Shown here: one piece after another, positions 11,095 through 23,100 of the stretch
Numbering within the stretch: position 1 is the first letter of the stretch
Layout of the letters: each line of letters opens with the position of its first letter
Source of the DNA: a virus
Strand: one strand, 5' to 3'
Virus record (IMG/VR): IMGVR_UViG_3300044568_002423
DNA: 64,000 nt
Made by a program: the position numbers and the translations under genes
Notes under the pieces: model-generated
Seen by the model: only the letters and a program-made list of their open reading frames with translations
The model's database searches: none
Told to the model about the DNA's origin: nothing

Positions 11095-14000
11095 TCAACG
11101 ATGTACACTGTTGCGTATAAAAAAGGATAATGCTGCCATGTTCCCATCTGCCGTGTTATTTCCACCCACACCTTTAAGGTATACACTAGTCTGTGATGCA
11201 TTTCCAGGAATGCTATTATACATAACCACACTAGAGCCCGGTTGACCATTGGAAACAGATGATTTTATAAAATTAGCTCCACCAACTATTACCGTACCGG
11301 CAGTTAATTGACCGGTAAAAGTATTAGATCCACCTTGACTTAACCGACTTGTTATATATGTCTTAATAGCTCGTTGAGTAGGTATCACAGTGTCAGAGTT
11401 GGCAGTAAATGTGCCATCAGTACTAAACTGTGTTACTATTACACTAGAACCACCTACCGCAATTCCGCCCAAACTTAATGTACTTAAACCAGTTAAGCCA
11501 AATTGAGTGGCACTTAATGTAATGGTACCAGTCGATTGTTGAACAGAAAATAAATCACCAACACTAAAATTACCATCTTGGTCAGTACTAGTATAAAATA
11601 CCCGACCTTGATTTGCCTCTATTGTAATATTCTGTGGTTTTTCGTTTAACGCACTTACATATGGGTAATTAGAATCTTCTTTATTACCCACACCAATAGA
11701 TAAGAAATCATGGTTGGTCAATCGACATTGACTATACAATTGACGGATACTCACCACAGTGCCCGTCGCGGGACTAAGAGCAGTGGTCATATTTGGTGCT
11801 ATTTGTATATTTGCTTCAATAAATGGAGCAACTGTACCATACACGGCTACCGCACTAGTAACTTTATATATGGTAGGATTGCCATCAAAAGTCAAGTTAC
11901 TTCCTACTACTGGAAGTTTATTTAAATTGTTAACAATAATTGTATATCCAATTTGATACGTGTCAGAATTACCATTACCAGTTATGACAACTACCGTAGA
12001 GGAAGTGGTATACCCAAGTCCACGACTAATAAATGTTGGATTAGATAACACACCATTTCCACTTCTTATTGTTACACTAGCCGATATAGATATATTGTAA
12101 TCAGTAATAGCAATAGACGGAGACGTGATATAATTAGAACCAGGCTCCCATAAAGTAATAGCTGACATTGAACCAGAAACAATTACTGTTCGACCTTGTG
12201 CTTTTATTCCAGCATTAATAATTTTGGCCGTACTCGCACCAGCCAACGCAGGAAATACACATATGTTAGAAGAATTAAATCCAGCTGTTAATGCGCTATA
12301 TCCACTATTTGTTATGGTATTTAAATTCCACCATAATCCACTATCACTAATATAGGATGATGCGCTAGCAGATGACACTGTTACAAACGCACCCTGTCCG
12401 TATGCTATTTTAGTAGCTGAAACTAAGGTATTTGAATTGTTCCAAGATACCCCGTCGAAACTATACGATGCAGGCACGCCAGTTGTATTTTGTACAGCGA
12501 CAAATCTATTATTTCCATATGCGACTGATGAATAACTAACAGGAATACTAGCAGTCAAAGTGATACCAGTTGGTGTTCCAGCCGTCGTAGTTATCGCCGC
12601 ACCATTAAGAGTAGCAGATAAGGTAAATGTTGTAGAACCATTAGTGGCAATTATATAATAGGTAGTTGGATTTGAATATGCTGGAGTTACTATACTGCCT
12701 GTTCCACCATACGGCCCACTAATAGTAACTGTTTGTCCAACAACTAATGTTATATTAGTTGGCGTACACGCAAATTGCCCACCTGTTCCAGTAATAGTGA
12801 CATTTGAAAGAAGGAAAGTAGTCGGCAATGTAGAAGCTTGCCAGGTCGTACCAGTAAAACTCCAAGCACTAGCACCATTGCTACTTATTGCCAGAAAAAT
12901 TCCAGCCCCATATTCTAGATCTACCCATGTGCCGCCACTAGGAAGCACCGCAGCTTGCCAAGTAAGACCATAATCGGTTGAATAAGCAGCTTTTGTTGTA
13001 CCAGAAGCGATGGCAATAAATATTCCATTACCATATACGATATTACTCCATGTGGCGACGCTTGGCAGTGTTGATTGTTTCCAAACAAAACCATCTGTTC
13101 GTGAATATGCCACAACAGAATTTCCAGTTCCACCAGAAGAAATAGCTACCCAAAATTTATTACCATAAGCAATATCAGTCCAGCTTATAGCACTTGGTAA
13201 TGTCATTGATGCCCAAGTTGTACCATCAGTAGAACGAGCTCCAATAGATCCACCAGATGGAATTGCCAAGAAGTAATTATTCCCAGATGCGACACTTTTC
13301 CATAAATTTCCACCAGTCAATGTTGGAATACTTCCAGAAGTTTGCGTGAATGAAGGATCAGAAAAAGTTATTCTAGGTTCAATATAATATAAGCTTGTAC
13401 TATCCAATGCCGATAATATAGGTGTTCCGGGATTTATATGATCCCACCCAGAAGAACCAAGTTGCATGTTTCCAGTAGCATCGCCAACAGTTACCGCACT
13501 TCCCCCAGGAGATGTGCCAATTGTTATATTGTAACCACTAATACTTAATATGTAATAAACTGTAGTGGGAGAAATAGTACTCAATAATGCCTTTGAAAAA
13601 GTCGCATTCATTGAACCAATGGAACTTGTAGTTACCAACTTAGTTGAAGTTGATGTAACGGTCATCGTACCAGTACCACCAGCTAGAACTTTTGGAGTTG
13701 GGCATGTCTTAACTGTCATTGAACCAGTGGCAGGTGCTAATATTTTAGCCGCATTACCAACTTGAGTACAAATTGCAAATGTCGTCGCATTTATTGTTTT
13801 AATATAATATACGGTTTCTGCTACTATACCACCAAATGTCAATCCCATAAATTTAACAGGTTGATCTAAAACCATTCCAGCAGTAGACGACACGGTAATT
13901 AAGTTACTTTCATCAGTAATAGTTGCTGTTAATACGATGATGGACGAAGTTATGTTAAATGAACCACTATCTACGACATTACTAATGTAATATTTTGTAC

Positions 14001-17000
14001 CAGATACAATATTGCTATCAAATACCGTTCCACCAAAAACTACTGGATTTAACGGAACCATAGCTGCTGTCGTTGCGACCGCCACCGTATTAGTTCCAGA
14101 ATTAGTTGAATTGGATGATAATGACACAAGAGTTGATGATAGCGTAAATGTAGTACTGTCTATTATGTCGTTTATATAATAACTAACACCTAACAATAAC
14201 CCATCTAAAGCCACACCTGAAAATTGTATAGGAATATTGACAACCATATTAGTAGTGTCTGATTTTAAATACCCAGTATAGCTAGGGTAATTCATAGTCA
14301 TAGAACCAGTATCAGTAGTTAAACTCCACACAAACCCATATATCTTATCAGAAATTTGTATAGTGGTTAAATCAATTATATCAGAAATATAATAAGTATA
14401 GCCAGTAGTAAGTGTACTAAATGGTGTTCCAGAAAAAGTAACTGGCATGTTTACTGCCATGCCGGCAGTACTAGGAACCGTTATAGTATTTTCTGTCCCA
14501 CCAGTAATAGAAGTTATCGTCACTGAATTTATAGATGATTGTGTAACCGCATTTGTATAATAGGTTGGCATAAATTGTACTGCTTGATTGCGATATAATT
14601 TATCTAAATTACTACCATTGGCAATAGTCAACAAATTTCCACTTGCTGTTGTTTGAACTACCGATAAAGAACCAAATGATTCTTGCATTACTTGTGCTAT
14701 TTTATTTCCAGGGGTTTCCGCAGTATTAAATGTTGATATGTATCCATATTGACCAGAACCCGACCCAGAGTTAATGAATATTCGCATACCAATATAATTG
14801 CTAGTACCTTGTTCTGTTTGTGCTAATTGAATCTTTATTGAATTACCACCTTGGGCATTATTAGAGGCAGTTACATAACTGCTCCCACCAAGTAATCCAT
14901 TTGAATCAACTACCACTCTAGCTTGATAGATAGAATTAGATCTAATTTCATCACCTAACAGAACAGCGCCAGAGCCAGCGCCGACAACTTCATAGTTGGC
15001 ATACGCGGTATACTTAGTCACATCAGTTGATTCTAAGTAAAAACTAGGAAGGTAAGTTGAATTTGAAAGTTCTACCTGCGCACCATAAAATATTGTGTAC
15101 TTATTCGCTACAGGATTAGTCAACCCAGTTGGATATAACCTAAATTGTAAGTTATTGTTTACTCCACTAGTATCATTAGCGGCCAACCATATTCTATACC
15201 ATCCAGTAGCAAGTGTTTCTTCAACTCCAAAGTATACTGGTGTCATCCCATCGTTTAGACTATAAGGCGTTACGATACGAGTACTTGTATTGTATGAAAT
15301 ACCGCTTACTTGTACAGTAGGGGTAACTCCATGAAATCGTACTTGAAGATCAACAGTAGATGAAGTGCCAGCATACACATGTATACTCGCAGTATAATTT
15401 GTATCACTACCAACTGGAACAGTTCCAGTACTACTAATTGTAGCAATTCCGCCAGTTATCCCAGTACCGGAAAAGGTCAATGACACGGTTCCATTGGTGG
15501 CAGTGCCACTAAGAAACATTGGACCAGCAGTTCCAAATGTTCCACCACTAGTAGCTAGATAATAATGATTTATTCCAGTAAATGGATCAGTATAATTGTA
15601 ATAAACCCCACTAGTTGCTGTGCCACCGCTAGTCCAGGTAGGAACTGTTAATGTCAGTACCGTGATTGTAATGTCATTGACCCCAGTAATACCACCAAAA
15701 ACTGAGCCGGCTATTACCATTTGGTCACCGACCACATATAACTTCCCAGCTTGATTCATAGTAACTACATAAGCAGCGGACGTGACAGTAACATCAAAAG
15801 TAGCAAGTGAGCCAAATGTATTTCCAATATTTGTAGCAGATAATGTGCTATAACTTCCGCCAGCTGGATTTATTGGTATATTTTGATAAACATACCCATT
15901 CCCAGAAACCCCTTGTGTTCCAGTAAGTAACCATGCTTCTGAATATCCAGTGGGTGCAATATTATTTTTAATAAAAGTCAAATAGGTGTCATTTATCCAT
16001 CCAGTATTGAAATTATTACTATAACTTAATAAATTGGTAGTTGTTGTATTATAACTAGTACCATTATTTGAATATTCTAATTTAACCAATTGTGCTTGTG
16101 TACTATACGAACTACGAGCAGATGCTTGTACTTGTATTGATTGGTTATAGACAGTTCCACTTATTGGTGTTTCAGTTGTGTCGTATCCTTCACTAACTGC
16201 ACCAAACACCCCATATGAACTGTTACCATTTGTAGAACGTATACGACCACCTGATTCGGCAAAGTGACCAATATAACAATAATATGAAAATACAGATACA
16301 CATTCTGTGATGGCACCGGTTCCGGTACACCAAACACCAATCCCATCACTAATAATTTGTGTGTAATCATTATGAACGATAGATTTAGTACCACCATTAT
16401 GAAGGCTTCCGTCAATCTTTGCTCCAACACACCCATCACCAAAAGTAGTTACATTCTGTACATATGGACTACGTCTAAAAATCCAAACAGTACTATCATC
16501 TGGACCTGTGCCCGGATCTAAACTTGTATAACTACCACCAGTAGGTCTTGCTAATTCATAATCATCAACAACAGTCAATGTCCCACGCAGACCAAACATA
16601 GACAAATTACGCATAGTAGTGCCATTTCTCATATAAAACATGTCTTTTAAGCAATCACCAGCATATATTGTCATCGAACCACTACCATTAGTTAATGATA
16701 CTGTCATTCCACTCGCCACTAGCGATGATGATATATGCGAAGATGTTGCTACACTTGACATAGTAATAGTAGAAATACTACTAATTTCTTGTGAAAATGA
16801 CAATACAGTAGTGGCACCTGGTATTCCCAATCCGGTGATAGTTGCACCAATTACTAAATTACTAATACTACTAACATTTGAAATTATATTGCTATCAATA
16901 GTAGTCGTACCAATAAAATTGATGGTTGGAGATGACATTATAGAAAATCCAGTTGGAGTTATCGATTCACCATCTATATAATAGGTCTGGCCAGATACAA

Positions 17001-19371
17001 CTCCTCCAAATGTAGTAGGTAGGTTATTTACATACGGGGAAATAAATTGCATTGGCATTTGATCAGTCAATTCACTCGTATCCTCAACAATAACTTGATT
17101 AGAATCAGCATAAGTGGCAGTACAGATCAATGTCAAACTAGTAGCAGGTTGTATTGCTACACTTCTTAATTCATCACCAACTACGGATAGATTTTCTGGT
17201 ATGATTATAGGTAAACTTTCCTCATATGTACCAGTTTTAATATAAAGTATTGCGGTAGTTCCAGTATTACTAGATGGAATTAAATCAGTAGTTTCATTAG
17301 TCAATGCGGTTGTAACAATATTCATTAAACTAGAAATTTCAATTGATGTATTTTCATCAGCAGACAATGTTGTAAATGTTTGATTTATATAAGAGCTACC
17401 AGTCATACCATTTAGTGCTTGATAATCAACTAATGGGGGAGTATTAGTTGCAGCATTTATCATTATACCAGTAAGGTAATTTAATGAAGGGGCATAATAC
17501 TGAATGGAAGCTTCAACTAAATTGTTAACAAAAATATTAGTTGACCCATAATAAAAATAAGTTAATGTAGCAGCAACGGTTTGACTATTGCCACCTCGAC
17601 GCATATCATAAATGACTGAATCAATAATATAGCCAGCATCTCGTTGAGCATAAAATGGATCCCACAGAGAGGTTGAACTAAATGGAGATATATTGTTTGC
17701 CATTTGATATAACATCCATTGATACATCTCTGTAATGAGCCAACCCTTGTTTGCTTCTAGTGTGGTTGCTGAATTTTGAAAATATACACCTTGACGGATA
17801 AAATCACAAGAATACTTAATAGTCTTCCATGGCTGATCCCAAGTTGTTCCATAATCAACGCGATCTGTGCCATTTAGTACATCAACATAATATACAGAAT
17901 TAACTTTGTTAATCAGTGACCAATTAGGAAGTCCAGAAGTATTTCTTAGAAGATACTGTTCAGTTCCAATTGGAATTGCCTCATATTTGTTATTATGAAA
18001 AGTTTCCATGTCGCCAAGCGTAGAAATAGCATTATTTCTATCATGAGCAATCAACAATACCCAATTATTACCAGTGCCTGGAGTTCCACCAGATAAAGAA
18101 TTGTGGTTTTGTATGCAGGAATAGGTAGAATTTTTCCATACTACCATATCGCCAACTACGTAATTGGCATTAGTTATCCATCTGTTACTCCATTGTTTTC
18201 CAGGAATTAACATAGTCCAATATGGAGTGTTTACTCCAGTAAATGACATAGTTTGCCCCGGAGTTAATAATCCATCTGGTGATGTACTCAACACCAAAGT
18301 AATACTATCAGTAATTGATGATACGGTTTGCCCTAATGTAAATCCAGTGCCATATACTATCATGCCAGGGACAATTCCAGAAGTACTAGATACCACCAAG
18401 GTAGTTCCGGGAGTAGGACTGCCGGTTGGATCGTAAATTGTAGATGCAATAATATACGCAGGGTCTACGTTAGTATTATCAGTACTCGATTCGTAGACAG
18501 CCCCATGACGAGAAACAACAGATCCAACAGGATATAAAGTACTATTATTCCATTCCCCATTAATGCTATATCCCTGATTAAACAATCCCCACGAAGATGG
18601 ACTGTTAGATGGTACAGCATTTGTGCTTATAATTTTAGCAATATATAAATCCCCACCATGAAGACATACATCGCCTAGTTCATAGGTGGTAGATGATACC
18701 CAATTTAATTTAAATAATTGGCCGGGTAGATACAAAGTCCATGGGTCAATTACTGGCGGGGAAGATGAATTATGTCCAGCGTTACATAAGTAAATGCTTG
18801 CATCTTTTTTTACCAAATCATTTAATTTATATCTATATGACATTTGCAAATCACCAAGGTATTCTATTCCCTGAAAGACAATTTGCCAATCTGATAAATT
18901 TTCCTCTAGCCCAAGTTCCGTCGTAGCCGCAGCGGTATGATTGGCAATACATTTATAAATAGTAGCACCATATTTTACGACATCGTTTATTCCATATTTG
19001 GTATTTTCAACCCAAGCAGTATGCCAATTAAAAAATTCTGAATATATTTCCCAATTAGCAGCATTACTTTGAAAATTACTACTAGTATGTGCTGTAATAC
19101 AAGAATAAGCAACGCCACCAAATATAGCTATGTTTCCTGAACTATAAATATGACTGGTAATCCACGGACCAGTCCAAGTTTTACCATCCACTATCAGGAC
19201 CCATCGAGTCATACTTAGATCAGTGTTGAAATCCGGACTGGAAGTGTGCGCCCCAACACAAACATAGGTTTTACCTTGATGACTCACGACTGTATCTATT
19301 GCGTATGGTGTTGCTGCCACCCATGCGCCGTCCCATGTGAAACGTAATCTACCAATTTTAAATTCTGCCAT
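11095..19371 (-). CDS. Giant modular virion structural/fibre protein (2758 aa), paralog of 6..11039
   Basis: Same start (MAEFK[LI]GR), same domain order, shared motifs GDELRS, G.IR.TNGNSSYG, LT.HDFL.IG.GN and TSTDQDGNF. Confidence 0.8.
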   Translation of the reverse strand: MAEFKIGRLRFTWDGAWVAATPYAIDTVVSHQGKTYVCVGAHTSSPDFNTDLSMTRWVLIVDGKTWTGPWITSHIYSSGNIAIFGGVAYSCITAHTSSNFQSNAANWEIYSEFFNWHTAWVENTKYGINDVVKYGATIYKCIANHTAAATTELGLEENLSDWQIVFQGIEYLGDLQMSYRYKLNDLVKKDASIYLCNAGHNSSSPPVIDPWTLYLPGQLFKLNWVSSTTYELGDVCLHGGDLYIAKIISTNAVPSNSPSSWGLFNQGYSINGEWNNSTLYPVGSVVSRHGAVYESSTDNTNVDPAYIIASTIYDPTGSPTPGTTLVVSSTSGIVPGMIVYGTGFTLGQTVSSITDSITLVLSTSPDGLLTPGQTMSFTGVNTPYWTMLIPGKQWSNRWITNANYVVGDMVVWKNSTYSCIQNHNSLSGGTPGTGNNWVLLIAHDRNNAISTLGDMETFHNNKYEAIPIGTEQYLLRNTSGLPNWSLINKVNSVYYVDVLNGTDRVDYGTTWDQPWKTIKYSCDFIRQGVYFQNSATTLEANKGWLITEMYQWMLYQMANNISPFSSTSLWDPFYAQRDAGYIIDSVIYDMRRGGNSQTVAATLTYFYYGSTNIFVNNLVEASIQYYAPSLNYLTGIMINAATNTPPLVDYQALNGMTGSSYINQTFTTLSADENTSIEISSLMNIVTTALTNETTDLIPSSNTGTTAILYIKTGTYEESLPIIIPENLSVVGDELRSVAIQPATSLTLICTATYADSNQVIVEDTSELTDQMPMQFISPYVNNLPTTFGGVVSGQTYYIDGESITPTGFSIMSSPTINFIGTTTIDSNIISNVSSISNLVIGATITGLGIPGATTVLSFSQEISSISTITMSSVATSSHISSSLVASGMTVSLTNGSGSMTIYAGDCLKDMFYMRNGTTMRNLSMFGLRGTLTVVDDYELARPTGGSYTSLDPGTGPDDSTVWIFRRSPYVQNVTTFGDGCVGAKIDGSLHNGGTKSIVHNDYTQIISDGIGVWCTGTGAITECVSVFSYYCYIGHFAESGGRIRSTNGNSSYGVFGAVSEGYDTTETPISGTVYNQSIQVQASARSSYSTQAQLVKLEYSNNGTSYNTTTTNLLSYSNNFNTGWINDTYLTFIKNNIAPTGYSEAWLLTGTQGVSGNGYVYQNIPINPAGGSYSTLSATNIGNTFGSLATFDVTVTSAAYVVTMNQAGKLYVVGDQMVIAGSVFGGITGVNDITITVLTLTVPTWTSGGTATSGVYYNYTDPFTGINHYYLATSGGTFGTAGPMFLSGTATNGTVSLTFSGTGITGGIATISSTGTVPVGSDTNYTASIHVYAGTSSTVDLQVRFHGVTPTVQVSGISYNTSTRIVTPYSLNDGMTPVYFGVEETLATGWYRIWLAANDTSGVNNNLQFRLYPTGLTNPVANKYTIFYGAQVELSNSTYLPSFYLESTDVTKYTAYANYEVVGAGSGAVLLGDEIRSNSIYQARVVVDSNGLLGGSSYVTASNNAQGGNSIKIQLAQTEQGTSNYIGMRIFINSGSGSGQYGYISTFNTAETPGNKIAQVMQESFGSLSVVQTTASGNLLTIANGSNLDKLYRNQAVQFMPTYYTNAVTQSSINSVTITSITGGTENTITVPSTAGMAVNMPVTFSGTPFSTLTTGYTYYISDIIDLTTIQISDKIYGFVWSLTTDTGSMTMNYPSYTGYLKSDTTNMVVNIPIQFSGVALDGLLLGVSYYINDIIDSTTFTLSSTLVSLSSNSTNSGTNTVAVATTAAMVPLNPVVFGGTVFDSNIVSGTKYYISNVVDSGSFNITSSIIVLTATITDESNLITVSSTAGMVLDQPVKFMGLTFGGIVAETVYYIKTINATTFAICTQVGNAAKILAPATGSMTVKTCPTPKVLAGGTGTMTVTSTSTKLVTTSSIGSMNATFSKALLSTISPTTVYYILSISGYNITIGTSPGGSAVTVGDATGNMQLGSSGWDHINPGTPILSALDSTSLYYIEPRITFSDPSFTQTSGSIPTLTGGNLWKSVASGNNYFLAIPSGGSIGARSTDGTTWASMTLPSAISWTDIAYGNKFWVAISSGGTGNSVVAYSRTDGFVWKQSTLPSVATWSNIVYGNGIFIAIASGTTKAAYSTDYGLTWQAAVLPSGGTWVDLEYGAGIFLAISSNGASAWSFTGTTWQASTLPTTFLLSNVTITGTGGQFACTPTNITLVVGQTVTISGPYGGTGSIVTPAYSNPTTYYIIATNGSTTFTLSATLNGAAITTTAGTPTGITLTASIPVSYSSVAYGNNRFVAVQNTTGVPASYSFDGVSWNNSNTLVSATKIAYGQGAFVTVSSASASSYISDSGLWWNLNTITNSGYSALTAGFNSSNICVFPALAGASTAKIINAGIKAQGRTVIVSGSMSAITLWEPGSNYITSPSIAITDYNISISASVTIRSGNGVLSNPTFISRGLGYTTSSTVVVITGNGNSDTYQIGYTIIVNNLNKLPVVGSNLTFDGNPTIYKVTSAVAVYGTVAPFIEANIQIAPNMTTALSPATGTVVSIRQLYSQCRLTNHDFLSIGVGNKEDSNYPYVSALNEKPQNITIEANQGRVFYTSTDQDGNFSVGDLFSVQQSTGTITLSATQFGLTGLSTLSLGGIAVGGSSVIVTQFSTDGTFTANSDTVIPTQRAIKTYITSRLSQGGSNTFTGQLTAGTVIVGGANFIKSSVSNGQPGSSVVMYNSIPGNASQTSVYLKGVGGNNTADGNMAALSFFIRNSVHR

Positions 19372-19402
19372 TTTATAATTCCTGTATATAGTTTTGTATT
19401 AT

Positions 19403-19762
19403 TTATGAGTATGACGGCGGTGCTGCGTTAATGCTAACAATAAGATCGCCATTTTCATTAACATAATAGTAACAATTTTTATTATCCCACCGATATTGGT
19501 CGAAATTTAAGTTTGGATACGGTCGAGTATGATCTTCAGCAAGCCTCCCATCATAAAAATCTACACCAAATTCAAAATCTTCATAATTGTCACTTTCAGC
19601 CCCGGATACATTAACAGTAATGGCATCGTTTGAAGATAATTGGTCAACCCTGTCAAAATACAAAGTACCCTCTTGTGTTCTTCTTAATGCGTAAAAGTAT
19701 CTTGAATTACCAACGCCTAATAATTCTTCTTGATTTGTCTCATTTCCAATATAATATGTCAT
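19403..19762 (-). CDS. Hypothetical protein in structural operon (119 aa)
   Basis: ATG with AAGGA RBS, tightly packed between structural genes. Confidence 0.7.
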   Translation of the reverse strand: MTYYIGNETNQEELLGVGNSRYFYALRRTQEGTLYFDRVDQLSSNDAITVNVSGAESDNYEDFEFGVDFYDGRLAEDHTRPYPNLNFDQYRWDNKNCYYYVNENGDLIVSINAAPPSYS

Positions 19763-19771
19763 TTTAATTCC

Positions 19772-20104
19772 TTATAGAACATCAACGTAGCTCATGACAA
19801 CATCTAAGCTAGCAGCAGTATTTGAACTTACATAGACACTCATCGAAGGGCCTAGTACTAATTTTTCTCCACCGTTCACAACCCGTAAACTAGTGTTTGG
19901 AGGTACTACTACATCTTTCGCATAGTAGGCAGTAGTAACTGCCGCATTATCAGCCACCCGGATGGATGCAAGTATTATAGTACCGCTCATATTTGTTAAA
20001 CTTAACCCAATTATTGTACTCCGCGTATTCGACGCAGTAGTGAGTATTAACTCTTCAGTTGTTCCCACATTGGGGACTAATTTATTTTGTAAAATCGTAG
20101 CCAT
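19772..20104 (-). CDS. Small beta-rich virion protein (110 aa), paralog of 28456..28788
   Basis: Shares VP....L.....EKLVL motif and length with 28456..28788; operon position. Confidence 0.7.
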   Translation of the reverse strand: MATILQNKLVPNVGTTEELILTTASNTRSTIIGLSLTNMSGTIILASIRVADNAAVTTAYYAKDVVVPPNTSLRVVNGGEKLVLGPSMSVYVSSNTAASLDVVMSYVDVL

Positions 20105-20108
20105 TATT

Positions 20109-23100
20109 TTATCCTAGTATTAGTGCTATAGCGAAACCAATATCGTATGCTTCAGCGGTAGTGATACCACCTGCTGTTCCCGAAACTCCTGCCCAAATCG
20201 TACCATTAAATACCTCGATGATTTGTAAATCGGTGTTAAATCGGGTCATTCCAGGAACGGCATACCCTGGTCTTTCTAAGTTTGTTCCAACTGGTATAAC
20301 TACCCCGTTTGTTCCAGCAATTCGCACATAACCAGTGCTGGACTCTAAAAATTCAGTTACCGCACCCGATGAAACATTGGTAATCGTGTTATTTTTAATC
20401 GATAAATTACCAATCTTAACACTGCCAGTCCCGGTTGTTGTAAAGTTTATATTACTATCGGCATCAATTGCACTTATAGTATTGTTGTTTATATCTAAAT
20501 TGTCAGTTTTAATTCGTTGAGAATATAATTTACTACTGTCGATAGTCGTTGTTAAATTATTATTTGCGTAAAAATACAAGATATTGTCATTAGCGCCAGG
20601 TGTCGCTTCTGCTAAGATTCTAGTATTCCCGCTTACATCTTCCACTCCACCCAGTTTAATCCAATATGAACCACTTCTTGCTTCATATCGTGCCGTAGTG
20701 GTATTGTATCTGATCATACCATTGGTTGGAGTAGCTGGACGCTCTAATGTTGTTCCAACTGGTATCACCAAACTTTGGTTACTATCGATAACAACGCTGC
20801 CAGTACCCTGTGGAGTCAAAATGATATTAGAATTAGTGACGATACTTTGAATGTTGTTGTCACTGACTTTAATACCTTCAAATACTACATTGCCACTCCC
20901 ATTGGCCCGTAATTCTAAGTCAGTATCAGTGGCCGTAGTGGAAATTATATTGTTTTCTAATCGTATTTTTGGTAATTGAACATATCCCGTACCAGTAATA
21001 TTACCAGTAATAAGAGTATCACCACTTGACGTAAAATTACCAGTTTGCCCGATATCACCTGTTTGAGTTATGGTGCCAGTTATACCGACATTCTTCAAAT
21101 AAGTAGTACCAGTCGTTACAGTTAAATTTTGATCAACTGTTAAGTTTTGATTTATTTTTACATCATTACTCGGGATATAAATTCTACCAGTACCATTCGC
21201 GATTAATATAAGGTCATCGTTACCATTCGTGGTGCTAATCGTATTATTATCTATTACTAACGCGTCAATCTCTGCCCTACCGAGAAATGCGGTTTTCCAT
21301 CGTAAACTACTAGTTCCCAAGTCATAAAATGATGTAGTGGATGGTGTTAAATTACTATTGATGGCAGCAATGAACGTCACGGTATCACTAGTTTGGTCCC
21401 CTATCGTAATGTTACCACCAATATGCACGTCACCGGTAACATCTAAATCACCGGTGATATAAGTATTGTTTTGTAAATTAATACTACCACTGGCTGCCGT
21501 GACATTAATATCACCGGTTAGACTTTCAATAGTATTACCGGATATTCTAATATTACCAGTGACTATATCCTCGGCAGTAACAGTGGTAGTATTAATCCCA
21601 TCAGTGAATGTAACTCCGGCAGCACTGGTGATATTTAAAGTTTGGTTATTAAATTGTACGTCGCCGGTACTTTGATCTACATAAAAATTGTTCCCTACTC
21701 TAAAATCGCCGGATTCATTAACGCTAACATAGTAGACTTTAGCACCATTTAATTCAACAATTTCAAAATCATGTTTATCCACAAATGGGTCAGGGATAGT
21801 GTCACTGGAGTCCTTACCAGAGGTGACAAACGAGAAGTTATGACTTATTAAATGAATGGTGACGCCAATACCATCAGCATATACACCATAATTTCCATAT
21901 ACGTTAGCAGAACCAATGATTCTTATTTCAGCACCAAAATCTGAATAATCAGCAAAATTGATAATAGTAGATCTACCGCCAGCACTTGTTCTTAAATCTT
22001 GAAGAGTTATGCCGCTATCCAACATAGTAGTAGAATTATCATACCCATTGAAATTCAATAACAGTACAGTATCGGCATCACCAGTTAATTCTACAACAGG
22101 CTCAACGAATGTACTCGCGTACCTCCCAATTCCTTTACTAATTCTAACGCTATCAATATAGCCAGTAAACAACAGAGTTCCATCAAATCTGGCACCTATC
22201 CTTACTGGACTCATTATATAAGTATTAGTATCCGTGTATGTAATTCCTGATTGTGTCCCATTTACAAAAATTCTAGAGCTAGTTCCAGCCTTCGATAGAG
22301 CAATGTGCGTCCATGTATTCGTAGGTATAGCAACGCCCGTAGTAATAACAGCAACGCCATTGACAGTTAATTCAGCATGTTGTGATGAATTTATGCTTAA
22401 CACAACGGCAAATGATGGGGTAGTTGTTCTCATGTCCATGAGAATCTGTATTACTGCAGGATCAATAGTCCTATATACCCACATCTCGATTGTAAATGAC
22501 CCGCTTCCAAAATTAAAATCAGGATTTGCCGCTACATTTACAAAACTGTTGACGCCGTCAAGATACGCACTAGCAGTACCAAATTTCTTGATAGCGGTGG
22601 AAAGATGTGCGTTACCATTTGCATATATGGCTTTTGGCACGCGATCCGTAATTGTTGTAAATCCTAGTTGTCTTCCGGTTAGGTTTACATAATCACCAGA
22701 AATACTAGCAATAGTACCAGTTCCTAGAACAGTTGTACCATCTGTGTCGTACGAGGTAAGTGTATTTCCAACAGCCCATGTACCAGTTCTTGTTGGTATC
22801 CTCAACCGTGTTAAACCAGCTCCAGCAAAACCATTGGCACTCGAGTATGCGTAAATTCCCTTGTCGGCAAAGTAAGTAAATGAGTTCAACCATTCACTTC
22901 TAATACCATTTGTTACAACTAGTGTTTCTTGATTCGGTGTAAAAAATGTTACAGCATGAAATAAACAGCATACTTCTTTACTGGCAGCATTAGCGACACT
23001 CCCATCTAGGAACACACCTTTACCAGCATCGTTACTGTCAAATCCGTATGGGTCACCAGCATTGGTGGTTGAACCTTTAGTAATAACAGTTACATTTCTA

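Noticed and set aside
6-19371. Diversity-generating retroelement or invertible-segment variation of the fibre genes
   Set aside because: There is no reverse transcriptase or recombinase in the window, and the paralog similarity is diverged at protein level rather than adenine-specific TR/VR identity.
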